This document shows, piece after piece, positions 1 through 6,968 of a stretch of DNA of 32,000 nt. Both the position numbers and the translations under genes were made by a program. Below the pieces are notes generated by a model that saw only the letters and a program-made list of their open reading frames with translations, was not told where the DNA came from and did no database searches. Position 1 is the stretch's first letter; each line of letters opens with the position of its first letter. This stretch comes from an uncultured Candidatus Cenarchaeum sp. (GTDB lineage Archaea > Thermoproteota > Nitrososphaeria > Nitrososphaerales > Nitrosopumilaceae): assembly GCA_958295735.1 (NCBI GenBank), contig OY282369.1, positions 2,114,983 through 2,146,982 on the forward strand. The letters run 5' to 3'.

Positions 1-687
1 CTGCGCGAGGCGCTCGGCGTCGCGACGCGCTCGTACACGGTGCGCATAGGGGACGTGGCCGCGGACGGGCCCGGCGGGAAGGGCGGCCGGCTCTGGACCC
101 GGCGGCCCCCCCCCGCGTCGGCCGTCTACTCCAACGAGGTGCGGTGCCCGGACGCCGCGGCGGCTGCCCGCATGAGGGAGGCCGTGCTGGCCGCCAAGAA
201 GGGCGGCGACTCGCTGGGCGGCGTCGTCGAGTCGGTGACCACGGGCCTGCCGGCCGGCGTGGGCGAGCCCATGTTCGGCTCGCTGGAGTCGGACGTCAGC
301 AGGGCGCTGTACTCCATACCCTCGGTGAAGGGGGTGGAGTTCGGCTCGGGGTTCGCCGGCTCGCTCCGGCGCGGCTCGGAGAACAACGACCCGTACGCGG
401 TGAGGTCCGGCCGCATAGTCACGGCGACCAACAACGCCGGCGGGATCCTGGGGGGCCTGTCCACGGGGATGCCGCTCGTGCTGCGCGCCGCGTTCAAGCC
501 TGCCTCGTCCATATCGCTCCCGCAGCGCACCGTGGACGCCCGCGCCAGGAGGCCGGCCGTGCTGCGCGTGGGCGGCAGGCACGATCCCTGCGTGGTGCCG
601 AGGGCGCCGCCCGTCGTGGACTGCATGGTCTCGCTGGTGCTGGCCGACCACGCCCTGACCGGCGGGTTCATCGGGGCGGTGCTGTAG
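1..687 (+). CDS. aroC: Chorismate synthase, C-terminal ~228 codons (5' end outside window)
   Basis: Frame 1 is open from nt 1 to TAG at 685-687. The translation carries chorismate-synthase hallmarks: GGDSLGGVVE, GVGEPMF, NNAGGILGGLSTG, GRHDPCVVPRA. Confidence 0.9.
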   Translation: MREALGVATRSYTVRIGDVAADGPGGKGGRLWTRRPPPASAVYSNEVRCPDAAAAARMREAVLAAKKGGDSLGGVVESVTTGLPAGVGEPMFGSLESDVSRALYSIPSVKGVEFGSGFAGSLRRGSENNDPYAVRSGRIVTATNNAGGILGGLSTGMPLVLRAAFKPASSISLPQRTVDARARRPAVLRVGGRHDPCVVPRAPPVVDCMVSLVLADHALTGGFIGAVL

Positions 688-688
688 G

Positions 689-2128
689 GTGGCCGGGAGC
701 GGCGGGAGCGGGGCCCCCGGGCTGGAGGCCCTGCGCGCCCGCATGGACGAGGTCACGATGCGGATGGTCGGGCTGCTCAAGGAGCGCACGGAGATAGCGG
801 TGGGGATAGGCCGCGCCAAGCGGAGCGCCGGGCTGGTGGTGGCCGATGCCGGGAGGGAGGAGAGCCTGCGCCGCAGGGTGGCCGCCGAGTGCGGCGCGCT
901 GGGCCTGGACGCCGCCATGGGCTCGCGGCTCCTCGACCTCCTGCTGGACGAGTCGGTGCGCGTGCAGTCGGGGGGCGCCGGCGCGCCCCCCGCGGCGCCG
1001 CGCCGGGAGCCGCGCCCGAGCATGTTCCAGCGGGCCAAGGCGCTCGAGGCGGGGGGCCGCCGCATCATACACATGGAGGTGGGCGAGCCGGACTTTGCGC
1101 CGCCGCCCGAGGCGGAGCGGGCGCTGGCCGGGGCCTGCGCGGCGGGCCGCACGCGGTACGGCCCCCCGAAGGGGACGCCGGAGCTGCGCGCCGCGTTCGC
1201 GGAATACGCCAGGCGGTACGGGGCGTCCCCGGGGGCCGAGGACGTCATGGTCACGCCGGGCGGGCGCTTTTCGGTCTTCCTCGCAATGTCCGCGCTGCTC
1301 TCGCCCGGCGACGAGGTGGTGCTGGTGGAGCCGGCCTGGCCCGCGTACCGCGACTGCGCGGAGCTCGCCGGCGCCGCGGTGCGCGCGGTCGGGACCTCGC
1401 TGGAGGGCGGCTGGGTCCCGCGGCTGGAGGACGTGGAGAGGGCGGCCTCGGGGCCCGCGGCGCGCATGCTGGTCCTCAACTACCCCAACAACCCGACGGG
1501 GCGGGTGCTCCCGCCCGGGACGATGGACGGGCTGATGTCGCTGGCCGCGGAAAGGGGCCTCTACGTGCTCAGCGACGAGATATACTCGGAGCACGCCGGG
1601 CCCTCCTCCGGGTGGAAGAGCGCCCTCTCGTACGGATACGGCCGCGCCGTGACGGTGCAGTCCCTCTCGAAGTCCCACGCGATGACCGGGTTCAGGGCGG
1701 GCTTCGCCGTGGCGGCCCCCCCCATAACGGACAGGATGGCCCGCCTGCAGGCCGTCTGCCTGACCAGCGTGCCCGACCCCGTCCAGCACGCGGCCCTGGC
1801 GGCCCTCGGCGCCGACGTCTCCGGCCGGACGGCGGAGATCCGCTCCCGCCTGCGGGCGCTCCAGTCGAGGGCCTCGGCCATGGGCCTGCGGTTCCTCGCC
1901 CCCGACGGGGCCATGTACCTGTTCGCGACGCCCGGAAACGGCGCCGGATTCGACGGAACGGCGCTGGCCAACAGACTTTTAGGCTACGGCGTGGCGGTAG
2001 CGCCTGGGGAAGACTTTGGCGGATACGGAAGATACGTGCGGATCTCGGCGTGCCTCGGGGTGGACGAGCTGATGGAGGGCATGGACGCGGTGGAGCGGGC
2101 GCTGGCCGAGGGGGGCGGGGTTGGCTAA
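689..2128 (+). CDS. Chorismate mutase (AroQ-type) fused to class I (aspartate/aromatic) aminotransferase
   Basis: A single 479-aa ORF. Residues ~10-95 match the AroQ pattern (LRARMDEV..LLKERTEIAVGIGRAK..REESLRRRV..DESVRVQ). A G/A/P linker follows, then an aminotransferase body (HMEVGEPDF, YGPPKG, NYPNNPTG, SLSKSHAMTGFRAG with the PLP lysine, YVRIS). GTG start lies 1 nt after the aroC stop. An internal Met (MFQRAK) could give a separate aminotransferase, but no stop separates the two domains. Confidence 0.8.
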   Translation: MAGSGGSGAPGLEALRARMDEVTMRMVGLLKERTEIAVGIGRAKRSAGLVVADAGREESLRRRVAAECGALGLDAAMGSRLLDLLLDESVRVQSGGAGAPPAAPRREPRPSMFQRAKALEAGGRRIIHMEVGEPDFAPPPEAERALAGACAAGRTRYGPPKGTPELRAAFAEYARRYGASPGAEDVMVTPGGRFSVFLAMSALLSPGDEVVLVEPAWPAYRDCAELAGAAVRAVGTSLEGGWVPRLEDVERAASGPAARMLVLNYPNNPTGRVLPPGTMDGLMSLAAERGLYVLSDEIYSEHAGPSSGWKSALSYGYGRAVTVQSLSKSHAMTGFRAGFAVAAPPITDRMARLQAVCLTSVPDPVQHAALAALGADVSGRTAEIRSRLRALQSRASAMGLRFLAPDGAMYLFATPGNGAGFDGTALANRLLGYGVAVAPGEDFGGYGRYVRISACLGVDELMEGMDAVERALAEGGGVG

Positions 2129-2978
2129 GCGGATCGCCGTGGTGGGGGCCGGCGGCAAGATGGGCCGCTGGTTCGTCAAGTACTTCCTGGCCAAGGGCCT
2201 CCACGTGGTGGGGTACGACGCCGAGAACCCCATCGAGGAAAAGGCCGTGGAGCAGGCCGACTCGCTGGTCGCGTCCATACTGCAGGTGGACTACGTGGTG
2301 CTGTGCACCCCGACCCGCCGCACCCCGGAGATAATACGCCTCATCGCCAAGGAGATGCGGCGCGGCACCTACCTCATCGAGATCTCGTCGCAAAAGTCCA
2401 AGACGGTCTCGGCCCTCTCCAAGATACCCTCCAAGATAAACCCCGTCTGCATACACCCCATGTTCGGGCCCGGCGCGCGCACGCTGCGGGGCAAGAACAT
2501 CGTCTCCGTCCCCATAAAGGACGCCAAGAAGGAGCTGGCCGTGGCGCGGGAGCTGTTCGGGGACGCCAGCTTCGTGACCATGGACGCGGCCGAGCACGAC
2601 AGGCGCATAGCCGTGGTGCTGGGGCTCACCCACCTGGCCAACCTCGTCTTCGCCAACGTCATATCCAAGGACGAGAAGGTCTCGCTCACCGAAAAGATGT
2701 CCGGCTCCACGTTCAAGACCCAGAAGATACTGGCCGAGAGCATAATGACGGAATCGCCCGAGCTCATCGAGACGATAATATCCAACCCCGAGCTGCGGCG
2801 GTTCGCCGAGGACTTTTGGAAGGACGTCGGGAGGCTGCTCACGGCGGCGCAGGAGGGCAAGACCGAGGAGATCACCGACTACATCAAGGCGTGCCGGGAC
2901 CGGCTGTCCGCGTCGTCCGACCTGGAGGACTCGTACAAAAAACACGTCCGCATGGCCGCCGCCATAGAAAAGAGGTAG
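2121..2978 (+). CDS. tyrA: Prephenate dehydrogenase
   Basis: 285-aa ORF with N-terminal Rossmann motif VVGAGGKMG and an HPMFGPG core typical of prephenate/arogenate dehydrogenases. The TTG start overlaps the upstream stop by 8 nt, so it looks operonic. Confidence 0.85.
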   Translation: MAKRIAVVGAGGKMGRWFVKYFLAKGLHVVGYDAENPIEEKAVEQADSLVASILQVDYVVLCTPTRRTPEIIRLIAKEMRRGTYLIEISSQKSKTVSALSKIPSKINPVCIHPMFGPGARTLRGKNIVSVPIKDAKKELAVARELFGDASFVTMDAAEHDRRIAVVLGLTHLANLVFANVISKDEKVSLTEKMSGSTFKTQKILAESIMTESPELIETIISNPELRRFAEDFWKDVGRLLTAAQEGKTEEITDYIKACRDRLSASSDLEDSYKKHVRMAAAIEKR

Positions 2979-2995
2979 CCGCGCGGCGGCCCGCG

Positions 2996-3463
2996 TTGGA
3001 CGCCACCCCCATAGTCACCTCGTTCCTCGAGGGAAGGGGGCCGGGCGGCCGCCCCCTCTACCTCCTGCTGCGGCGCAGCCCCGGCTGCGAGATGGGCGGC
3101 CTGTGGTCGGGGATCAGCGGCGCGCTGGAGGGGGGCGAGGCGCCGCTGTCCCGCGCGAGGGCCGAGATCCTGGAGGAGGTGGGGCTGGACGGGGGCCAGG
3201 CGAGGCTGGGCCTGTCGGCCGCCCCCGTCCTCGTGGAGTCCCCGGAATACGCGGGCCGGCGGTGGATGCTGTTCCCGTTCCTGTTCGAGCATGCGGGGGG
3301 GCGCGTGCGCCTGAACAGGGAGAACGCCGAGTCGCGCTGGGTGGCCCGCGAGGACCTGGCGGGATACAGGACGGTGCCCCGCCTGGCCGAGGTGCTCGAC
3401 GCGCTGCTGGGCGAGCGGCGGCGGCGGCGCCGCGGGGCTAGCCGGGCGGCGCCGCGGGGCTAG
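2996..3463 (+). CDS. Nudix hydrolase
   Basis: Nudix box GALEGGEAPLSRARAEILEEVGL (GX5EX7-[R->A]EUXEEXGU). The ORF-track ORF 2303..3463 overlaps tyrA in another frame. The first plausible start after the tyrA stop is TTG 2996, and this start is uncertain. Confidence 0.7.
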   Translation: MDATPIVTSFLEGRGPGGRPLYLLLRRSPGCEMGGLWSGISGALEGGEAPLSRARAEILEEVGLDGGQARLGLSAAPVLVESPEYAGRRWMLFPFLFEHAGGRVRLNRENAESRWVAREDLAGYRTVPRLAEVLDALLGERRRRRRGASRAAPRG

Positions 3464-4799
3464 CCGCCGCCGGCTCCGGCGCCGCGGCTCCGGGCTCCCC
3501 GCCCTGCCCCTGCCGCTGCTGCGGCAGCATGACGTACACGCACGCGCCGCCGCACATCGTGCACGGGACGCCGTTTCCCGGATGCTGGCCGGTCCTGGCG
3601 TGGATGCGGGCGGCCGCCTCGGGGTCGATGGACAGGGCCAGCTGGGACTCCCAGTCCAGCGTCCGCCTCGCCTCGCTCATCCTGCGGTCCCACTTTATCG
3701 CCTTGTCCCTCATCTTCACCAGGTCGCCCGCGTGCGCCGCTATCCTGTACGCGATGAGGCCCGCCTTGACCTCTTCCGCGTTGGGGAGGGCCAGGTGCTC
3801 CGACGGGGTCAGGTAGCACAGCAGGTCGACGCCCTCGCCGGCCGAGACGGCCGCGCCTATGGCGCTGGCGATGTGGTCGTGCCCCGATGCCACGTCCGTG
3901 ACCAGCGGGCCCAGCACGTAGTACGGGACGTCCCCGATGAGCGACTTTGCCAGCCTGACGTTGGCGGCCACCTGGTCCAGCGGCACGTGGCCCGGCCCCT
4001 CGGCCATCACCTGCACGCCCGCCTCGCGGGCCCTCCTCGCCAGCCTCGCCACGTTCACCATCTCCTGCACCTGGAGCTCGTCGTGCGAGTCCAGTATGGA
4101 TCCGGGCCTGAGCGCGTCGCCCAGGCTGAACGTGACGTCGTACTCGCGCGCGATCTCCAGCAGGCGGTCAAAGTTCGCGTAGTACGGGTTCTCCCTGCCG
4201 TGCTTCAGCATCCACGCGGCGGTTATGGTGCCGCCCTTGCTCACCACCCCCCCGCTCCTGCGCGCCCCGAGTATCCGCCCCGCTATTTCCTTCGTGATCC
4301 CGGCGTGTATGGTGGTATAGTCGACGCCGTCCCTGGCGTTGCTCTCGAAGGCGTCCAGAAAGTCGTCCTCCGTGATGGCCAGCGGGTTCCTGTGGCGGGC
4401 CACCCCCCTGCTGTACGCCTCGTATATGGGGACTGTCCCGAACGTGATCGGGGCCGCTTCGAGCAGGGCCCTCCGGATGGCCGGCACGTCGCCCCCGTCG
4501 CTCAGGTCCATGATGGTGTCGGCGTGGTACTTTACGGCCACCCTGGCCTTGGCCACCTCCTCGTCCAGGTCGGCGCGCAGGGTGGACGTGCCGATGTTCA
4601 CGTTCACCTTGGTCTTGAGGCCCGCCCCTATGCCCACGTTGTGTATCTTCTGGGGGCGGGCCGTGTTGCTGGGTATTATCACGGATCCCCCGGCCACCCT
4701 GGCCTTGAGCCAATCCACGGAGACGCCCTCGTCCCTGGCCACCTGGCGCATCTGCTCCGTGGCGACCCCCCTCCGCGCCTGGGTCATCTGGGTCGCCAT
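3438..4799 (-). CDS. thiC: Phosphomethylpyrimidine synthase ThiC
   Basis: Strong ThiC-like sequence over the full length (NIGTS, TIHAG, GIVSKGG-like VVSKGG, C-terminal CTMCGGxC Fe-S motif). The start was chosen at MATQMTQARRG (4799) because a TTTAAA box lies 24 nt upstream. An alternative ATG is at 4832. The 5' extension to 5213 in the track is R/G/A/P low complexity. Confidence 0.9.
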   Translation of the reverse strand: MATQMTQARRGVATEQMRQVARDEGVSVDWLKARVAGGSVIIPSNTARPQKIHNVGIGAGLKTKVNVNIGTSTLRADLDEEVAKARVAVKYHADTIMDLSDGGDVPAIRRALLEAAPITFGTVPIYEAYSRGVARHRNPLAITEDDFLDAFESNARDGVDYTTIHAGITKEIAGRILGARRSGGVVSKGGTITAAWMLKHGRENPYYANFDRLLEIAREYDVTFSLGDALRPGSILDSHDELQVQEMVNVARLARRAREAGVQVMAEGPGHVPLDQVAANVRLAKSLIGDVPYYVLGPLVTDVASGHDHIASAIGAAVSAGEGVDLLCYLTPSEHLALPNAEEVKAGLIAYRIAAHAGDLVKMRDKAIKWDRRMSEARRTLDWESQLALSIDPEAAARIHARTGQHPGNGVPCTMCGGACVYVMLPQQRQGQGGEPGAAAPEPAAASPAAPPG

Positions 4800-4823
4800 G
4801 CCTCGCGGCGGGAGGCTGCCGAA

Positions 4824-4829
4824 TTTAAA
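4824..4829 (-). promoter_or_regulatory. TATA box (TTTAAA) for thiC, leaderless geometry
   Basis: This is the only A/T-rich hexamer in a GC-rich upstream region, and it sits 24 nt upstream of ATG 4799. Confidence 0.5.
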
Positions 4830-5332
4830 CATGGCCACGCGGCTGGCCCGCCTAATAACCCGAGTTTTAGGCGCGAAAAACCGCCTCGCCGCGGCCGCCG
4901 CGGGCGCGGCTGCGGGACGGGCCGCGCGCGGCGCCCGCGCCGCGCCCGCCTTTTCCCCGCCGCCGCGTCCCCGGACAGTCCTGGGCGTCCGCGCGCCGCG
5001 CGATCCACGCCGGATTCGGGATCTTTGGATCGCGCCCGCCCCAACACCTCGCCGACCCCGCGCCGAGTACGGATGCGCCGCCCCGGCGCGCCCGGCAAGT
5101 CCCGCCGCGGGCGGCCGGGCGGCAGCCCGGCAGCATCCTGCAGGCCCCGCCGGGCGCGCCCGGGCAGCATCGGCCGGTGCGGGGGGTCGGATCGGCGGGC
5201 GGCAGGGGGGCAAGCGCGCGCCAAAGGATCTCTCGCCCTGCTAAGGTTGCGCAACGTGCGGGCCGGCCAAGGCTGCCCAAGGGCGCGGCGTGCGGCGGGA
5301 AGGCGGGGACGGCAGGTGCATGCCTTGGGAGC

Positions 5333-5794
5333 CTAGCGCTTCTTGAACTTTATGATCGGGTTTGCGTCGACGGTGTACATCGGCTCGCCTTCCGGCGTGA
5401 AGAACTTCGTCCTGTTGATTTGGCCGACCACGGTTTTCATGCTCAACACCAAGCCGTTGCTGAGATCGTAGACGCTGAACTCTTCGCTGAGCGGCTCGCA
5501 GTCCACGTCAACCTCTGTTATGCCGGACTGGACGTCGCCCGGCTGATGCTCTTGAAATTTTTGAGGTCGGCGGTTCTCCTTCGGCGTGAACGAGCTGATC
5601 TGGACCGTATGGTTGATCGTAAAGCCGTCGGGCGAATTCGTGACTGGAACGACATGGTTTGGTCTGATCAAAACGCAGATTATGGTCCCGATGCCGTCGT
5701 TTGTTTTGTAGTAGCTTGGGCGTATTCGTCTTGGTGTGCACGTCACATAGCCCATGTCCCTGATGTTTGCAAGAATCTCCTCTTCTGGAATCAT
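5333..5794 (-). CDS. Hypothetical protein, 153 aa (third gene of the low-GC orphan operon)
   Basis: Clean ATG-to-TAG ORF with normal, non-low-complexity composition in a markedly lower-GC segment. Its start lies 1 nt after the upstream gene's stop. I recognise no family. Confidence 0.6.
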   Translation of the reverse strand: MIPEEEILANIRDMGYVTCTPRRIRPSYYKTNDGIGTIICVLIRPNHVVPVTNSPDGFTINHTVQISSFTPKENRRPQKFQEHQPGDVQSGITEVDVDCEPLSEEFSVYDLSNGLVLSMKTVVGQINRTKFFTPEGEPMYTVDANPIIKFKKR

Positions 5795-5795
5795 T

Positions 5796-5993
5796 CTACC
5801 GCCCTACCGGATATTCCGTAACCGTGTTGTCGCCGTCGTCATTCCCATGCACAATAACCATCGTGGGTTTTCGAAACATCTTGTCGAAAGTAACGACGAG
5901 ATGCGTGCACGGGTCAAGTAGGACCGGAACAGGGCCCTCCTTTTTGTACACGCCTTTTACGGGACCTACCCGTCCGCTGATCTTGCTAGTCAT
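5796..5993 (-). CDS. Hypothetical protein, 65 aa (second gene of the low-GC orphan operon)
   Basis: ATG overlaps the upstream gene's stop (ATGACTAG, 8-nt overlap), so the genes are tightly coupled. No recognisable family. Confidence 0.5.
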   Translation of the reverse strand: MTSKISGRVGPVKGVYKKEGPVPVLLDPCTHLVVTFDKMFRKPTMVIVHGNDDGDNTVTEYPVGR

Positions 5994-6333
5994 CGCTTGC
6001 GGGGTAGAACTTGAACAGTTCTATTTTTTCTCCACTCTTTCGCAAAGCGTAATTTTTTCCATTCCATTCTACGGGGTAAAGCTCGTTTTGAGCCATTTCT
6101 GCCGGGCGGTAGGAAATCTGCTCTTCCCCACAAACATTTATCACGCTAACCGGCGCAGGGATTTTTATGGCAAGTGTGTCGGTTGGCGTGTAGGTTGGCG
6201 TGGTTGTAGGACCCGTATCGCAGATCCCTTTCTCACCATCAATCCGCACCTTGTAAACCAAGCCTTGCGTGGTACGCATCTTCGCCAACTTGGGCTTTTT
6301 GTATTCGTCCCATGTAGGCTTGCCCAAGACCAT
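5986..6333 (-). CDS. Hypothetical protein, 115 aa with a Thr/Pro linker (first gene of the low-GC orphan operon)
   Basis: ATG at 6333 lies 20 nt downstream of a TTTATTATA box. The protein has a TGPTTTPTYTPTDT linker between two small domains. No recognisable family. Confidence 0.6.
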   Translation of the reverse strand: MVLGKPTWDEYKKPKLAKMRTTQGLVYKVRIDGEKGICDTGPTTTPTYTPTDTLAIKIPAPVSVINVCGEEQISYRPAEMAQNELYPVEWNGKNYALRKSGEKIELFKFYPASDD

Positions 6334-6353
6334 GTCGCACGTATGCTTTACGC

Positions 6354-6362
6354 TATAATAAA
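6354..6362 (-). promoter_or_regulatory. TATA box (TTTATTATA) of the orphan operon
   Basis: A/T-rich nonamer 20 nt upstream of ATG 6333, the same geometry as the other promoters in this window. Confidence 0.55.
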
Positions 6363-6378
6363 CGTTTGTATGAGCATA

Positions 6379-6397
6379 GGTGTGGACTCACGTCCAC
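6379..6397. repeat. IS-end-like sequence GGTGTGGACTCACGTCCAC containing the palindrome GTGGAC-TCAC-GTCCAC
   Basis: It matches the left terminus of the IS4-family element at 20296-20313 (GGTGTAGACTTACGTCCA) at all but 2 positions. The 6+4+6 palindrome spans 6382-6397. Confidence 0.5.
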
Positions 6398-6425
6398 TTG
6401 CCGGCCGCGCCCAAAAGCTGCCACC

Positions 6426-6843
6426 GGCCGGCGCCGCGGGGCCCGTCCCCGCCAGGCCGGCGCCGCGGGGCCCGTCCCCGCCAGGCCGGCGCCGCGGGGC
6501 CCGTCCCCGCCAGGCCGGCGCCGCGGGGCCCGTCCCCGCCAGGCCGGCGCCGCGGGGCCCGTCCCCGCCAGGCCGGCGCCGCGGGGCCCGTCCCCGCCAG
6601 GCCGGCGCCGCGGGGCCCGTCCCCGCCAGGCCGGCGCCGCGGGGCCCGTCCCCGCCAGGCCGGCGCCGCGGGGCCCGTCCCCGCCAGGCCGGCGCCGCGG
6701 GGCCCGTCCCCGCCAGGCCGGCGCCGCGGGGCCCGTCCCCGCCAGGCCGGCGCCGCGGGGCCCGTCCCCGCCAGGCCGGCGCCGCGGGGCCCGTCCCCGC
6801 CAGGCCGGCGCCGCGGGGCCCGTCCCCGCCAGGCCGGCGCCGC
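6426..6843. repeat. Perfect 29-bp tandem repeat, 14 full copies plus 12 bp (unit GGCCGGCGCCGCGGGGCCCGTCCCCGCCA)
   Basis: The marker GCCAGG recurs at 6451, 6480, 6509 and so on (period 29). All copies look identical and there are no spacers. Period 29 is not divisible by 3, which explains the 29-aa periodic artefact ORFs in all frames. Confidence 0.9.
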
Positions 6844-6968
6844 ATCGCGCCCGATCCGGGGCCGGGACGGGCCCCGCCCGGGGCCGTGACGGCATCGGGG
6901 GCGGATGCTGCCGCCCGCGCTGCCACGGCGCGCGCGCGGGGCGGCATCGCGCGGGCCGCTGCCGGCGG

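Noticed and set aside
4833-5332. TPP riboswitch upstream of thiC
   Set aside because: I found no CTGAGA or ACCTGATCTGGATAATGCCAGCG-like conserved cores on the minus strand, and the TATA box sits at leaderless distance, leaving no room for a 5' UTR. A covariance-model search (Rfam RF00059) would be decisive.
3582-5336. 584-aa plus-strand ORF antisense to thiC, and the 591-aa extended thiC model
   Set aside because: The plus-strand ORF is an antisense shadow. The first ~138 residues of the extended model are low complexity with no ThiC homology.
6426-6843. The 29-bp repeat array as a CRISPR locus
   Set aside because: The copies are strictly head-to-tail with no spacers, and no cas genes are nearby. 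It is a minisatellite, not a CRISPR array.
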